From Gammaproteobacteria bacterium (GTDB lineage: Bacteria; Pseudomonadota; Gammaproteobacteria; CAJXQU01), in the NCBI GenBank assembly GCA_965238175.1, contig CBDEGZ010000003.1, positions 2,944,001 through 3,008,000 of the forward strand: a stretch of 64,000 nucleotides of DNA, written 5' to 3'. Position 1 is the first letter of the stretch; each line of letters starts with the position of its first letter. Below, piece after piece: positions 1-11,364 of the stretch. The position numbers and the translations under genes were made by a program. Below the pieces are notes generated by a model that did no database searches, had not been told where the DNA came from, and worked only from the letters and a program-made list of their open reading frames with translations.

Positions 1-1153
1 TACCTTCAAATTCATCAAACCGCATCGGACGATTATCAAGTGCAGAAGGTAACCTGAACCCATATTCGACTAAATTCATCTTTCGTGACCGATCACCTTT
101 ATACATCGCACCTAACTGAGGAATAGAAACATGACTCTCATCAATAACTAAAAGTGCGTTCTCTGGCAGATAGTCAAATAATGTAGGTGGTGGCTCGCCA
201 GGTTTTCTACCGGATAAATAGCGAGAATAATTTTCGATACCCTGGCAATAACCAATTTCAAGAATCATTTCGATATCAAACCGCGTACGTTGCTCTAGCC
301 TTTGTCGTTCCACAAGCTTATTTAGGTCTTGCAGTTCCTGCAGACGCACATCTAACTCAACTCGTATCTTATCTACAGCAGCCAACATAACTTCTCGTGC
401 GGTCACGTAATGCGTTTTTGGATAAACCGTCAGCCTTGGTACTTTGCGTAACACTTCACCAGTTAAAGGGTCAAAATAGGCAAGTGACTCAATTTCATCA
501 TCGAACATTTCAATTCTAACCGCTTCACGATCCGATTCTGCTGGGAAGATATCGATCACTTCACCACGAACCCGATAGGTTGCACGGTGTAATTCAATAT
601 CGTTACGGTTATATTGCAACTCGGCCAGACGGCGAATAATATCTCGCTGATCGGTCTTTTCGCCGCGAACTAAATGCATAACCATCTTGTGGTAAGAATC
701 CGGATCACCCAAACCATAAATCGCAGAAACCGTTGCAACGATGATCGTATCTGATCGCTCTAATAATGCCTTTGTCGCCGATAGACGCATTTGTTCAATG
801 TGCTCATTAATCGACGCATCTTTTTCTATATAGGTATCAGAAGCGGGAACATAAGCCTCGGGTTGGTAATAATCGTAATAGGAAACAAAATATTCCACCG
901 AGTTCTCTGGGAAGAATTCTTTCATTTCGCCGTAGAGCTGGGCAGCCAAAGTTTTATTATGTGCAAGTACAATTGTCGGCCGCTGTTTCTGCTCAATAAC
1001 ATTTGCAATGGTATAGGTCTTGCCAGAACCAGTGACCCCTAACAGAGTTTGCTGGGCCAAGCCATTATCAAGCCCTTCAATGAGTTTTTTGATCGCATCA
1101 GGCTGATCACCGGCCGGAGAATATTCTGATCGTAACTTAAACTGCTGGTTCAT
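1..1153 (-). CDS. uvrB: Excinuclease ABC subunit B (5' part; runs off the window start)
   Basis: Manual translation from ATG at 1153 gives [21 protein letters not shown]...[18 protein letters not shown], the UvrB N-terminus with Walker A. Absent from the ORF track because the stop lies outside the window. Confidence 0.96.
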   Translation of the reverse strand, partial: MNQQFKLRSEYSPAGDQPDAIKKLIEGLDNGLAQQTLLGVTGSGKTYTIANVIEQKQRPTIVLAHNKTLAAQLYGEMKEFFPENSVEYFVSYYDYYQPEAYVPASDTYIEKDASINEHIEQMRLSATKALLERSDTIIVATVSAIYGLGDPDSYHKMVMHLVRGEKTDQRDIIRRLAELQYNRNDIELHRATYRVRGEVIDIFPAESDREAVRIEMFDDEIESLAYFDPLTGEVLRKVPRLTVYPKTHYVTAREVMLAAVDKIRVELDVRLQELQDLNKLVERQRLEQRTRFDIEMILEIGYCQGIENYSRYLSGRKPGEPPPTLFDYLPENALLVIDESHVSIPQLGAMYKGDRSRKMNLVEYGFRLPSALDNRPMRFDEFEG

Positions 1154-1313
1154 AGGATTTTATAGTCATAATTTAGGGTCAAAAAGAGGGATATTGAGTA
1201 ACATTTGAATAACTGTCGCAAAATTCTAAACTTAGTTGGTGCTCTATAACAAAACTTCAAGTATATTACACGCGATTTCGTTTCTATAACTCAGTCTAAG
1301 GTATGTAAAAATC

Positions 1314-2492
1314 GTGAAAGTTTCGCATAGAGCACAAAGTATTAAACCTTCTCCCACTCTGGCCGTTTCTGCAAAAGCTGCAGAACTAAAAGCTGCTGGG
1401 AAAAATATTATCAGCCTCGCTGCCGGTGAACCTGATTTCGACACCCCTGATTTTGTAAAAGCCGCAGCGATCAAATCGATCGAAGACGGATATACAAAAT
1501 ATACCGCAGTGGATGGTACACCAAGTCTTAAAAAAGCGATTCAAAATAAATTTAAACAGGAAAATAATCTCGATTATGATCTCGATCAAATTCTTGTCTC
1601 TGTCGGTTGTAAACATAGTATCTATAATCTTATGCAAGCGGTACTTGATCCTACTGATGAAGTCATTATTCCTGCTCCCTACTGGGTTTCATACCCTGAC
1701 ATGGTTCAACTGACTGGCGCACAACCCGTTATTCTGAAAACGGGCATAAAAGATGATTTCAAGATCACTCCGAAACAGCTAAAAAGTGCCATCAATGAAA
1801 ATACGCGCATGCTGATCATGAATAGTCCTTCGAATCCGACAGGTAGCTATTACACCGAAGAAGAACTTCGTGCGTTGAGTGAAGTATTGATCGATCATCC
1901 AGAAGTTTTGATCGCTTCAGATGATATATACGAACATATCCTATGGGGAGCGGAAAAATTTTCAAATATCGTCAATGTTTGTCCTGAACTATACAATCAA
2001 ACTGTCGCTCTAAATGGTGTCTCTAAAGCTTATTCGATGACAGGTTGGCGGATCGGCTATGCTGCTGGTCCTGTCGATGTCATCAAAGCAATGAAAAAAA
2101 TCCAGTCGCAAAGTACATCTAATCCCTCTTCTGCAGCTCAGTTTGCAGCTGAGGCGGCCTTAACTGGCGATCAAGGCATTGTTAGTGAATGGTGTGATGT
2201 ATTCAAAACAAGACATGACTTTGTTTGCCAGGAAATGAATAAGATAGAAGGCGTTCGCTGCCGTCCTTCCGAAGGTACGTTCTACAGCTTTCCCGATTTA
2301 AATGGCGTGATCGAAAGGTTACCTTCCGTCAACAACGACATTGAATTAGCAGAGTATTTGTTAGAAGAAGCAGAGGTCGCAATTGTTCCAGGCTCGGCAT
2401 TTGGTGCTCCTGGCTGCATTCGGATCTCTTTTGCAACCAGTATGGAATTATTGGAAGAGTCACTAAGCCGGCTAGCAAAAGCGCTAGCTTAA
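1314..2492 (+). CDS. PLP-dependent class I/II (aspartate-type) aminotransferase
   Basis: GEPDFDTP, NSPSNPTG, SDDIYE and SKAYSMTGWRIGY (PLP lysine) motifs; usual uvrB-aminotransferase-tRNA-Asn arrangement. Confidence 0.93.
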   Translation: MKVSHRAQSIKPSPTLAVSAKAAELKAAGKNIISLAAGEPDFDTPDFVKAAAIKSIEDGYTKYTAVDGTPSLKKAIQNKFKQENNLDYDLDQILVSVGCKHSIYNLMQAVLDPTDEVIIPAPYWVSYPDMVQLTGAQPVILKTGIKDDFKITPKQLKSAINENTRMLIMNSPSNPTGSYYTEEELRALSEVLIDHPEVLIASDDIYEHILWGAEKFSNIVNVCPELYNQTVALNGVSKAYSMTGWRIGYAAGPVDVIKAMKKIQSQSTSNPSSAAQFAAEAALTGDQGIVSEWCDVFKTRHDFVCQEMNKIEGVRCRPSEGTFYSFPDLNGVIERLPSVNNDIELAEYLLEEAEVAIVPGSAFGAPGCIRISFATSMELLEESLSRLAKALA

Positions 2493-2584
2493 GTCCAGGC
2501 TTAGTTAGCTTCTGGCTTAAGTTTTGTTCAAACAGGTCGATGCAAGTTAACAGAAGTAAGGAAAGAAGAAACTGTAAAACTGCA

Positions 2585-2613
2585 TTGACCTGATCGACTC
2601 TGATCAGTACCAT
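2585..2613 (+). promoter_or_regulatory. Sigma70-type promoter for tRNA-Asn
   Basis: TTGACC (2585-2590), 17-bp spacer, TACCAT (2608-2613), then a GC-rich discriminator (ACGCG) shortly before the tRNA. Confidence 0.7.
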
Positions 2614-2630
2614 ACGCGTTCGATTTTTGA

Positions 2631-2706
2631 TCCTCGGTAGCTCAGTTGGTAGAGCGGGTGACTGTTAATCACTAGGTCGGCGGTTCGAGCCCGTCCCGAG
2701 GAGCCA
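2631..2706 (+). tRNA. tRNA-Asn (GTT)
   Basis: 76-nt cloverleaf TCCTCGG...CCGAGGA-G-CCA with D arm AGCTCAGTTGGTAGAGC, anticodon loop CTGTTAA, T loop GGTTCGAG and encoded CCA. Confidence 0.98.
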
Positions 2707-2859
2707 TAAATCGAGAAATGTCTGCTTCCCTTATATTCATATTCAAGCAACATAAGTTAGCAACAAAGGCTCTCTGCTTTATTCTACCATTCTAACTACT
2801 TTTATATTTAGAGAGTATGGGAAGCAGGCCTGGCAGGCCTTGATTAAGTATTGAATAAT

Positions 2860-3750
2860 TCACTTTTTGGATTTTGAAAAGCTAGATAAGTAATCTTTAA
2901 AACTATCTTTTAATTCAGGATGTTTAAGCGCAAATTCGACCGTCGCTTGCAAATAGCCTAGCTTTGATCCACAGTCATAGCGAATCCCATCAAACTCCCA
3001 AGCCTGAACTTCTTTTTTCTCAAGTAGTTTTGCAATACCATCCGTTAATTGGATTTCTCCACCAGCACCTTTTCCGGTTTTTTCCAGAACATCCATTATT
3101 GTTGGTGGCAAAATATATCGGCCAACGACAGCAAGATTAGAAGGTGCTTTCGCAGGATCTGGTTTTTCGACAATACTTTTGATCCGACTTAGCTTCTCTT
3201 CAATATTTTGCACCTCAACTATTCCATATTTATCAGTATCTTCTTGAGGAACCCTTTCTACAGCAATTACGCCATTATTATGCCGATCAAAAACTTCGAC
3301 CATTTGGCTGAGACAGCCTTTTTTTCCACCATCGATTAAATCATCTGCTAACAAAATAGCGAATGGTTCGTTACCGATAACGGGCTTTGCACATAGAATT
3401 GCATGCCCTAAGCCTAGCGGTTCCGCTTGTCGAATGTAGACACAAGAAATCTTAGGAGGCAATACGTTCTGGACAACTTCCAACATCCTTTGTTTGTTCT
3501 TTTTTTCAAGTTCGGCTTCGAGTTCATATGCCTTATCAAAATGATCAATAATCGAGTTTTTACTTCTTCCAATTACAAAGATTAGTTCCGTAATACCCGC
3601 AGCTTCAGCCTCTTCTGCCGCATATTGGATCAAGGGTTTATCAACCACTGGTAGCATTTCTTTAGGATTCGCCTTGGTCGCAGGTAAAAATCGCGTACCT
3701 AAGCCCGCAACAGGGAAGATTGCTTTTTTAACAGCAACTGTCATTGTCAA
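2860..3750 (-). CDS. galU: UTP-glucose-1-phosphate uridylyltransferase
   Basis: [36 protein letters not shown] and GEIQLTD motifs. Start is TTG 3750 or ATG 3744. Confidence 0.96.
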   Translation of the reverse strand: MTMTVAVKKAIFPVAGLGTRFLPATKANPKEMLPVVDKPLIQYAAEEAEAAGITELIFVIGRSKNSIIDHFDKAYELEAELEKKNKQRMLEVVQNVLPPKISCVYIRQAEPLGLGHAILCAKPVIGNEPFAILLADDLIDGGKKGCLSQMVEVFDRHNNGVIAVERVPQEDTDKYGIVEVQNIEEKLSRIKSIVEKPDPAKAPSNLAVVGRYILPPTIMDVLEKTGKGAGGEIQLTDGIAKLLEKKEVQAWEFDGIRYDCGSKLGYLQATVEFALKHPELKDSFKDYLSSFSKSKK

Positions 3751-3756
3751 ATTTCC

Positions 3757-5673
3757 TTAATTTTTTTCGAATGCGATAATATTTGAATAAGTTTCTGTGC
3801 TAGGTGGTAGAAGCTCTAACTGTTCTTCTTTTTTAACAGATTCATATACCAATTCTGGGACTAATTGCTGTACTACCTTCAATGCTTTTTCCTCATCATA
3901 AACACCACAGGCCGTCTCTATCTGTTCGATCATTTTTTCAAATTGTTGCCAGTCTTCAAATCGTTGTTTAGCAAGCAGAACCTTTTTATGACCTGTTCCG
4001 ACCAAATCTTCATCATGGTGGAATAACTCTTCACTCAGTTTTTCACCTTTTCTTAATCCAGTAAATTTAATTTCGATGTCTTTATCCAACTTTTTTCGTG
4101 AAAGTTTAATCATTTGCTCAGCAAGATAAAGGATGCTAATAGGTTCACCCATGTCGAGAACAAAAATCTCTCCACCTTCTCCCATCGATCCGGATTGGAG
4201 AATAAGTTGGCAGGCTTCTGGGATAGTCATGAAAAATCGTGTCATCTCTTTATGCGTCACCGTCACGGGCCCACCAGCAGTAATTTGTTGTTGGAATAAA
4301 GGAACAACACTACCTGCAGATCCAAGAACATTTCCAAACCTGACCGTAATATATCGTGTTTTCGAAGCGGAGTTTTTTGCTTCACACATCATCTCAGCAA
4401 TGCGCTTACTCGCACCCATAATACTGGTGGGATTGACTGCTTTATCTGTTGAGATCAAAACAAATTTTTCACATTCATATTTATCGGCTGCAGAGGCAAC
4501 CACTCTTGTTCCAATTACGTTATTACGTAAAGCTTCTCTCACTTGCCCTTGTAACATGGGAACATGTTTATAAGCTGCAGTATGGAAAACAACCTCTGGG
4601 TGGAAAGATTTAAACGCAGCATCTACAGCGACCATGTCGTGCACATCACCAAGCCTGGATTCAAGCAACAATTCAGGAAATTCCAGCTTCAAAGTTCTAT
4701 CAATGTCGTAAAGATTAAATTCTCCTTGTTCAAATATCATTATTGTTGCTGGATTAAGTTTAGCAATTTGACGACACAACTCTGATCCGATCGAGCCTCC
4801 ACCACCAGTAACAAGCACCCTTTTATTGGCGATCCCCTTGCGAATGATCGACCAGTCCAATTCAATTTTATCTCTACCAAGAAGATCATCTATAGAAACT
4901 TCTCTAACGTCTCCCAATCCTGGTTCGTCAAAATTTCCAGCAGCATCTGCTGTAATCATTGGCAGCATTTGGAAAGGTCTTTCTGTTTGTTCACAAAGAG
5001 TGATTATTTTTTTTATTTGCGCTTTTGTTGCTGAAGGAACCGCTATTAACAATGAGTCTATAGCAGATTCTTCAACTATCTTTTCCAATGATGCTAAACC
5101 GCCCAAAACTGGCACTCCTTGAATCCTTCGCTTATGCAGACGAGGATTATCATCAACAAAACCGATTGCTATGTAGCGACTATCACGCAGTAAGTCACGA
5201 ACCATTGTCTCTCCAGCTCTTCCCGCACCGATTACGAGTACTCTTTCTGTCCCAGAAATACTCTTCAGAGATATGGTTTGGTCTTTCCAAAAACGATATC
5301 CAAGACGTGGCCCACTTAGAAGAAAAAGTAAACAAACTGGATAAAAAATAAGAATAGATCGAGGGAAGTTATCCAGTCGAACAGTAACAAATGAGATCAG
5401 GACAATCGCGATAACACCCAACACTGCCGCCCGAACAATATTCCACAGATCTGGCAAACTGGCAAAACGCCAAAGTCCCTTGTAGAGGCCGAGTTGCCAA
5501 TTAATAAAACATTGGATGATGATAACGAAAGGTAACGCTTGAAGATCTGCTTCCCAAAAAGCGGCAGGAGGCATTGAAAAGTCAAAGCAGGCAAACCACG
5601 CTATTTCCCACGCCAATATGACCATACACAAGTCGTGAATCATTACTGCTGTTGTCTGTGTACCGAACCGCAT
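3757..5673 (-). CDS. Membrane-anchored nucleotide-sugar 4,6-dehydratase (WbpM/CapD/PglF family)
   Basis: N-terminal TM helices, GAGRAG, TGGGGSIGSELCRQ, AAYKHVP, STDKAVNP and RFGNVLGSAGSV motifs. Confidence 0.93.
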   Translation of the reverse strand: MRFGTQTTAVMIHDLCMVILAWEIAWFACFDFSMPPAAFWEADLQALPFVIIIQCFINWQLGLYKGLWRFASLPDLWNIVRAAVLGVIAIVLISFVTVRLDNFPRSILIFYPVCLLFLLSGPRLGYRFWKDQTISLKSISGTERVLVIGAGRAGETMVRDLLRDSRYIAIGFVDDNPRLHKRRIQGVPVLGGLASLEKIVEESAIDSLLIAVPSATKAQIKKIITLCEQTERPFQMLPMITADAAGNFDEPGLGDVREVSIDDLLGRDKIELDWSIIRKGIANKRVLVTGGGGSIGSELCRQIAKLNPATIMIFEQGEFNLYDIDRTLKLEFPELLLESRLGDVHDMVAVDAAFKSFHPEVVFHTAAYKHVPMLQGQVREALRNNVIGTRVVASAADKYECEKFVLISTDKAVNPTSIMGASKRIAEMMCEAKNSASKTRYITVRFGNVLGSAGSVVPLFQQQITAGGPVTVTHKEMTRFFMTIPEACQLILQSGSMGEGGEIFVLDMGEPISILYLAEQMIKLSRKKLDKDIEIKFTGLRKGEKLSEELFHHDEDLVGTGHKKVLLAKQRFEDWQQFEKMIEQIETACGVYDEEKALKVVQQLVPELVYESVKKEEQLELLPPSTETYSNIIAFEKN

Positions 5674-5682
5674 TAATCTCCC

Positions 5683-6690
5683 CTAATTATCACAACTCTT
5701 GACGCGCATTGTATTCCATAAACCAATACTGATGGCGGATACAGTAATCGCTATGACAGTCATTAACAATTGGTGATTCATTGCAAACCAGGCCATAGGC
5801 CATAGAAACGTGATGCTGATCACACACAAATACAATACCAACTTCTGATGACTGAATCCACTTTGCACTATTTTTTGATACGCATGACTACGATGCGCGC
5901 TATACCACTTTTCGCCAGCCAAAATACGCTGTACTAATGTCAGGGTTGTATCCCACAAAAAAAAGGTAAGTAAAACTATCCAGATCAAAATCGGAGCAGC
6001 TTCGGAATTTTCACCTATTATGGCGACTGAAGCGAAAAAATAGCCAAGGAAACTGCTCCCAACATCGCCCATAAAAATTTTTGCCGGCGCCCAGTTCCAG
6101 AACAAAAATCCCATTGTTGCAGCAACCATCGCGAGCATGACAAAAACCAGCCCTGTATTACCGGCACTCAAAAAAAGGAAGACTGTGAAAAGGCCAACAG
6201 TGATTGCCTGTACTGCTGCCAAGCCATCGATACCATCCATAAAATTGTACAAGTTGGTTAACCAAACTATGCTTAAAATAGCAACGAATACACCTAAACT
6301 TCCCAATTCCAGTTTATAAAAACCAAGCTCGAGGCTATTAAATCCACCCAGCCAAAAAACTGTCCAGGTAGCGGCAAGAAAATGCACAACAATCCTTATC
6401 GGTGCAGAAACATCTTTATGATCATCAATCCAACCTATAAGCGCCACCAATCCGCCACCGCCGACTAAAGCAAAAACATGATTTTGATCAAGGTATCCTG
6501 TAATACCGGTGATTAGGACAACACTTAAAACAATAATGACGATGACCAGACCTCCTCCTCGTGGAATAGGAGAATCGTGTAAACTACGTTGGTTTGGGAT
6601 ATCCATCAGCGAATGGCGGATCGCATATCGGTGGAAATAATAGGTGGAAATTACTGCAATTATTAGTACTGTTATGAAAAAACAGATCAT
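5683..6690 (-). CDS. Undecaprenyl-phosphate sugar-1-phosphate transferase (WbpL/WecA, MraY-like)
   Basis: Polytopic protein with DIPNQRSLH..PRGGG, GWIDD, NLYNFMDGIDG, KIFMGDVGS and AHRSHAYQ motifs. Confidence 0.92.
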   Translation of the reverse strand: MICFFITVLIIAVISTYYFHRYAIRHSLMDIPNQRSLHDSPIPRGGGLVIVIIVLSVVLITGITGYLDQNHVFALVGGGGLVALIGWIDDHKDVSAPIRIVVHFLAATWTVFWLGGFNSLELGFYKLELGSLGVFVAILSIVWLTNLYNFMDGIDGLAAVQAITVGLFTVFLFLSAGNTGLVFVMLAMVAATMGFLFWNWAPAKIFMGDVGSSFLGYFFASVAIIGENSEAAPILIWIVLLTFFLWDTTLTLVQRILAGEKWYSAHRSHAYQKIVQSGFSHQKLVLYLCVISITFLWPMAWFAMNHQLLMTVIAITVSAISIGLWNTMRVKSCDN

Positions 6691-6850
6691 TTAATGGTAT
6701 CGCCTGAAAAATGTTCCATTATAGGAATTAAGCATTTGAGAAAAAACTGTGTACTTGTTATGGTTGCAGCCAAACTAAAACCCTCTAAATTCTTTGAATA
6801 ATAATCAAAAGCACCATCATAATCTTTGTAATGCTTCTGGTCACTAATCT

Positions 6851-7915
6851 ATGATCTTAATTACTGGCGGGGCTGGCTTTATCGGCTCAAACTTTGTACT
6901 GGATTGGCTCGGCGAACGAGATGAATCTGTCCTCAACCTGGATATGCTCACGTACGCAGGAAACCTGCAAAACTTATCAAGTCTTGAGAGTAATGATAAT
7001 TACACCTTTGTACAGGGTGATATCGGTGACCGAGACTTAATTCGTTCGTTGTTACTTGAGCATAAACCGCGAGCAATTCTTAACTTCGCAGCGGAGAGCC
7101 ATGTGGATCGATCAATTCATGGTCCTGAAACTTTTATTCTTACCAATGTGAATGGCACATTCCATTTAATTGATGAAGTGAAAAATTATTGGTCAGAATT
7201 ACCCTCAAATGAGAAAACATCTTTTCGTTTTTTACATGTTTCTACAGATGAAGTATACGGTTCATTGGAAAAAGATGACCCAGCTTTTGCAGAAACAAAT
7301 GCTTATGCACCCAATAGTCCATATTCTGCTTCAAAGGCCGCTTCTGATCATTTGGTTCGCGCTTATCATCACACCTATGGATTACCTGTTGTTACAACCA
7401 ATTGCTCCAACAATTACGGACCATTACAATTTCCTGAAAAATTGATCCCCTTGATTATTTTGAATGCGCTTAATCGAAAACCATTGCCTATTTATGGTGA
7501 TGGGCAAAACATTCGTGATTGGTTATATGTTGGTGATCACTGTTCGGCCATACGTTCCGTTTTAGATAAAGGTGGAGTCGGTGAGGTTTATAACATCGGC
7601 GGGAATAGCGAAAAAAACAATCTAGATGTAGTGCATACAGTGTGCTCGATTCTCGATAAATTGAGACCTATAGAACATCCTTATTCTGATTTAATCACCT
7701 ATGTCACCGACCGTCCTGGACATGATCGCCGATACGCCATTAATGCAACTAAAATTGAGGCCGAACTAGGCTGGCAACCTTCAGAAATATTTGAATCGGG
7801 GATTAAAAAAACCGTCGACTGGTATCTGACCAATAATAATTGGGTTGAGAATGTCACCAGTGGTGCCTATAAAAACTGGCTCAATAAAAATTATTCTACG
7901 AGAGAAAATTCATGA
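6851..7915 (+). CDS. rfbB: dTDP-glucose 4,6-dehydratase
   Basis: [37 protein letters not shown] and [10 protein letters not shown] motifs. Confidence 0.97.
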   Translation: MILITGGAGFIGSNFVLDWLGERDESVLNLDMLTYAGNLQNLSSLESNDNYTFVQGDIGDRDLIRSLLLEHKPRAILNFAAESHVDRSIHGPETFILTNVNGTFHLIDEVKNYWSELPSNEKTSFRFLHVSTDEVYGSLEKDDPAFAETNAYAPNSPYSASKAASDHLVRAYHHTYGLPVVTTNCSNNYGPLQFPEKLIPLIILNALNRKPLPIYGDGQNIRDWLYVGDHCSAIRSVLDKGGVGEVYNIGGNSEKNNLDVVHTVCSILDKLRPIEHPYSDLITYVTDRPGHDRRYAINATKIEAELGWQPSEIFESGIKKTVDWYLTNNNWVENVTSGAYKNWLNKNYSTRENS

Positions 7916-8790
7916 AAGGCATCATTTTAGCCGGGGGATCTGGAACCCGTCTTTACCCAATAACACAATCAATCTCGAAACAATTATTGCCTATTTATGA
8001 TAAACCGATGATCTACTATTCGCTAAGCACTTTGATGCTAGCCGGTATACAAGATATTCTGATCATTTCAACCCCTCGCGACACACCGAGTTTTGAAGCA
8101 CTTCTTGGAGATGGATCAAAACTTGGGATCAACCTGTCCTATGCAGTGCAACCCTCACCCGATGGGCTCGCCCAAGCTTTTATTATCGGCGAAGAATTTA
8201 TCGGCAATGATAATTGTGCGTTAATTCTTGGTGACAATATTTTTTATGGCCATGACTTTCAATCCGATCTAAAACAAGCTACTGAGCGCCAGAAAGGCGC
8301 GACAGTTTTCGCCTATCCTGTCCATGATCCAGAACGATATGGGGTCGTCGAATTTGATCAAAATGGTATTGCCATCAGCCTCGAAGAAAAACCTGAAAAA
8401 CCCAAATCTCGTTATGCCGTCACAGGTCTTTATTTCTATGATAATCAAGTTGTCGACATTGCAAAGAACATCACACCTTCTGATCGAGGTGAACTTGAAA
8501 TTACCGATGTCAACAAAGTTTATCTTGAAAGAAATCAGTTAGAGGTTTCAGTTCTAGGTCGTGGTCATGCCTGGCTAGACACAGGCACTCATGAAACACT
8601 ATTAGAGGCATCTACCTTTATCGAAACAGTGGAAAAAAGACAAGGGTTAAAAATAGCTTGTCCGGAAGAAATTGCCTGGCGCTTAGGCTATATCACGACT
8701 ACTCAATTAAAAGCATTGGCTACGCCCTTATCTAAAAACAATTATGGTCAATACCTTTTAAATATTCTCAAAGATAACTTATCAATATGA
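7912..8790 (+). CDS. rfbA: Glucose-1-phosphate thymidylyltransferase
   Basis: [35 protein letters not shown] and AWLDTGT motifs; ATGA overlap with rfbB. Confidence 0.97.
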   Translation: MKGIILAGGSGTRLYPITQSISKQLLPIYDKPMIYYSLSTLMLAGIQDILIISTPRDTPSFEALLGDGSKLGINLSYAVQPSPDGLAQAFIIGEEFIGNDNCALILGDNIFYGHDFQSDLKQATERQKGATVFAYPVHDPERYGVVEFDQNGIAISLEEKPEKPKSRYAVTGLYFYDNQVVDIAKNITPSDRGELEITDVNKVYLERNQLEVSVLGRGHAWLDTGTHETLLEASTFIETVEKRQGLKIACPEEIAWRLGYITTTQLKALATPLSKNNYGQYLLNILKDNLSI

Positions 8791-9332
8791 ACTTTATCAG
8801 AACTACAATTCCTGATGTGATCATCATAGAGCCTAAAGTGTTCGGTGATGAGCGTGGCTTCTTTTTTGAAAGTTACAATGAACAAAAGTTTCAGGAATTT
8901 ATCAAACAAGAAATTACATTTGTGCAGGATAATCACTCGCGTTCGACTAAACATGTTTTACGTGGTCTTCACTATCAAATTCAACAACCTCAGGGCAAGC
9001 TGGTACGAGTAGTCTCTGGTGAAGTTTATGACGTAGCCGTAGATCTCAGAAAGAACTCTGCCACCTTTGGTAAAACGATAGGAAAAGTACTTTCTGAACA
9101 AAACCAATGCATGTTATGGGTTCCACCCGGCTTTGCGCATGGTTTTGTTGTCATCTCAGAAACAACTGAATTTCTATATAAAACAACAGACTACTATGCA
9201 CCTGAGTATGAACGTACTCTGGCATGGAATGATCCTTGTTTGAATATAGAATGGCCAATCTCTACAGAACCTACCCTCTCCGAAAAAGATCGGGCTGGCA
9301 CCCTCTTGAGCGAATGCGAGGTCTATGAATGA
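8787..9332 (+). CDS. rfbC: dTDP-4-dehydrorhamnose 3,5-epimerase
   Basis: [22 protein letters not shown] and VPPGFAHGF motifs. Confidence 0.97.
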   Translation: MNFIRTTIPDVIIIEPKVFGDERGFFFESYNEQKFQEFIKQEITFVQDNHSRSTKHVLRGLHYQIQQPQGKLVRVVSGEVYDVAVDLRKNSATFGKTIGKVLSEQNQCMLWVPPGFAHGFVVISETTEFLYKTTDYYAPEYERTLAWNDPCLNIEWPISTEPTLSEKDRAGTLLSECEVYE

Positions 9333-10222
9333 CAACCATTTTGCTAACAGGGAAAGATGGTCAGCTTGGATGGGAGATAGAACGGACATTTAATGATCTT
9401 GGCAAAATAGTTGCTTTTGATCGGAACACTCTTGACTTGAGTGATCAAGATAAATTAAGAAAAACTATCCAGGAAGTGAAACCGGATCTCATTATCAATG
9501 CAGCTGCGTATACTGCTGTTGATCAAGCAGAAAAAGAACCTGAGTCAGCAATGGCTGTAAATGCCATCGCACCAGGAATAATGGCTGAAGAAGCGAAAAA
9601 TATTGGTGCAACATTAATTCATTATTCTACTGATTATGTTTTTGACGGATCAAAAAAGACACCCTATCTTGAGGAAGATCCGACCAATCCTATTAACGTT
9701 TATGGCAAAAGTAAGCTATTAGGTGAACAGGCAATACAAGAACAAAAAATACCCTATTTAATTTTCAGGACAAGTTGGGTGTATTCTCATCGTGGAAATA
9801 ATTTTTTATTATCCATGTTAAGACTCATGCAAGAAAGAGAATCACTTAATATTGTCAGCGATCAATTTGGTGCGCCAACATGGAGCCGGACCATTGCCGA
9901 GATCAGTAAACAAGTTTTGTCTAAATATTCTCATAATTTTAATGAATTAAATACGATCAGTGGGGTTTATAACCTTACCAGTTCAGGTGTCACTTCCTGG
10001 TATAATTTTGCAGAAATGATAAAAGAACTTGCTAAAGAAAACTTTCATCTTTCTGAGAAATTGAAGTTAGCTGGAATTCCTACCGAGCAATATCCAACCC
10101 CTGCTAAGCGACCTAAATATTCGCAACTTTCACTAGAAAAAATTTCCAACACGTTTGATATTAAATGCCCCGAATGGGGGAAATCCTTATCTCTTTGTAT
10201 GGAAAATATTCTTTCAAACTAA
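9329..10222 (+). CDS. rfbD: dTDP-4-dehydrorhamnose reductase
   Basis: GKDGQLG, NAAAYTAVD, STDYVFDG, YGKSK and PTPAKRP motifs. Confidence 0.96.
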   Translation: MTTILLTGKDGQLGWEIERTFNDLGKIVAFDRNTLDLSDQDKLRKTIQEVKPDLIINAAAYTAVDQAEKEPESAMAVNAIAPGIMAEEAKNIGATLIHYSTDYVFDGSKKTPYLEEDPTNPINVYGKSKLLGEQAIQEQKIPYLIFRTSWVYSHRGNNFLLSMLRLMQERESLNIVSDQFGAPTWSRTIAEISKQVLSKYSHNFNELNTISGVYNLTSSGVTSWYNFAEMIKELAKENFHLSEKLKLAGIPTEQYPTPAKRPKYSQLSLEKISNTFDIKCPEWGKSLSLCMENILSN

Positions 10223-10230
10223 AGAATAAA

Positions 10231-11361
10231 ATGAGTGATTTCGTTCCTTTTAATGACCCCTCACGATTATACGAAACGCATAAGGCTGAACTACAAGCAT
10301 CTCTGATAAAAACTGCAGAAAGTGGCCATTGGCTGCTTGGAAAAGAAACAGAAAAATTTGCCAGATCTTTCGCCGAATATTGTGGCGTCGAGTATTGTTT
10401 ACCGGTTGCAAATGGAACGGATGCGCTTGAAATTGCCTTACGGTCTGTTATTAACAACCCTAGCCCAGTTGATGAAATTATCACCGTCGCAAATGCAGGG
10501 GGCTATTCAACAGCAACATGCAGGACCATCGGCGTGACACCCGTCTATGCTGATATTGATAAACAGAATCACCTTATCAATACTGACTCTTTACTCAGGT
10601 GCTTAAGTCCATCAGTAAAAGCAATCGTAATTACACATTTATATGGCGCAGCTGTAAATGTACTTGAGATTCGAGAAAAATTAGCTGAGATCAATTATCA
10701 ACACATACCAATTATAGAAGATTGTGCCCAAGCTCACGGCGCAAAAGTTAGTAGAGATCGCGTTGGTGGTTTAGGTGATATAGCAACATTTAGTTTTTAT
10801 CCAACCAAAAACCTTGGCGCACTTGGTGATGGTGGGGCAATTACGACCTCTGATCCTGAAATATATAAAAAAGCTCAGCAGCTACATCAATACGGATGGA
10901 ATAATAAATATAATGTCAATATTCCCTATGGCAGAAACTCAAGAATGGATGAGGTTCAAGCAGGGATCTTGAATTGTCTATTACCTCATTTAGATCGTTT
11001 CAATAAGAAAAGAGTACAAATAATTAATCATTACAAAGAAACACAAGGGGAAAACCTGTCTTTTTTAGATTATTCTGATCGAGATTATGTTGGTCATTTA
11101 GCGATAGTTACAGTCAAACATCGCGATGAGTTTATAAAGTTTATGCGCTCAAAAAACATCTCTATTGATGTTCATTATCCGATACCTGATTGTGACCAAA
11201 TAGCATGGCAAGGCTTGCCGCAACGCTGTGATGTAATCTCTAACCTCAGAATTACTCACGAAGTGAAAAATAATATAGTCTCCATCCCCTGCTTTCCTTT
11301 TCTTAAGGAAAAAGAAATAGACCACGTATACAATGCACTTTCAGAATGGCAATCGAACTAG
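10231..11361 (+). CDS. DegT/DnrJ sugar aminotransferase (FdtB/QdtB-like)
   Basis: VANGTDAL, EDCAQAHG, SFYPTKNLGALGDGG and NSRMDE motifs. Start placed at ATG 10231, just after rfbD. Confidence 0.9.
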   Translation: MSDFVPFNDPSRLYETHKAELQASLIKTAESGHWLLGKETEKFARSFAEYCGVEYCLPVANGTDALEIALRSVINNPSPVDEIITVANAGGYSTATCRTIGVTPVYADIDKQNHLINTDSLLRCLSPSVKAIVITHLYGAAVNVLEIREKLAEINYQHIPIIEDCAQAHGAKVSRDRVGGLGDIATFSFYPTKNLGALGDGGAITTSDPEIYKKAQQLHQYGWNNKYNVNIPYGRNSRMDEVQAGILNCLLPHLDRFNKKRVQIINHYKETQGENLSFLDYSDRDYVGHLAIVTVKHRDEFIKFMRSKNISIDVHYPIPDCDQIAWQGLPQRCDVISNLRITHEVKNNIVSIPCFPFLKEKEIDHVYNALSEWQSN

Positions 11362-11364
11362 ACA

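Noticed and set aside
1154-1313. LexA (SOS) box upstream of uvrB
   Set aside because: No CTGT-N8-ACAG match found by eye.
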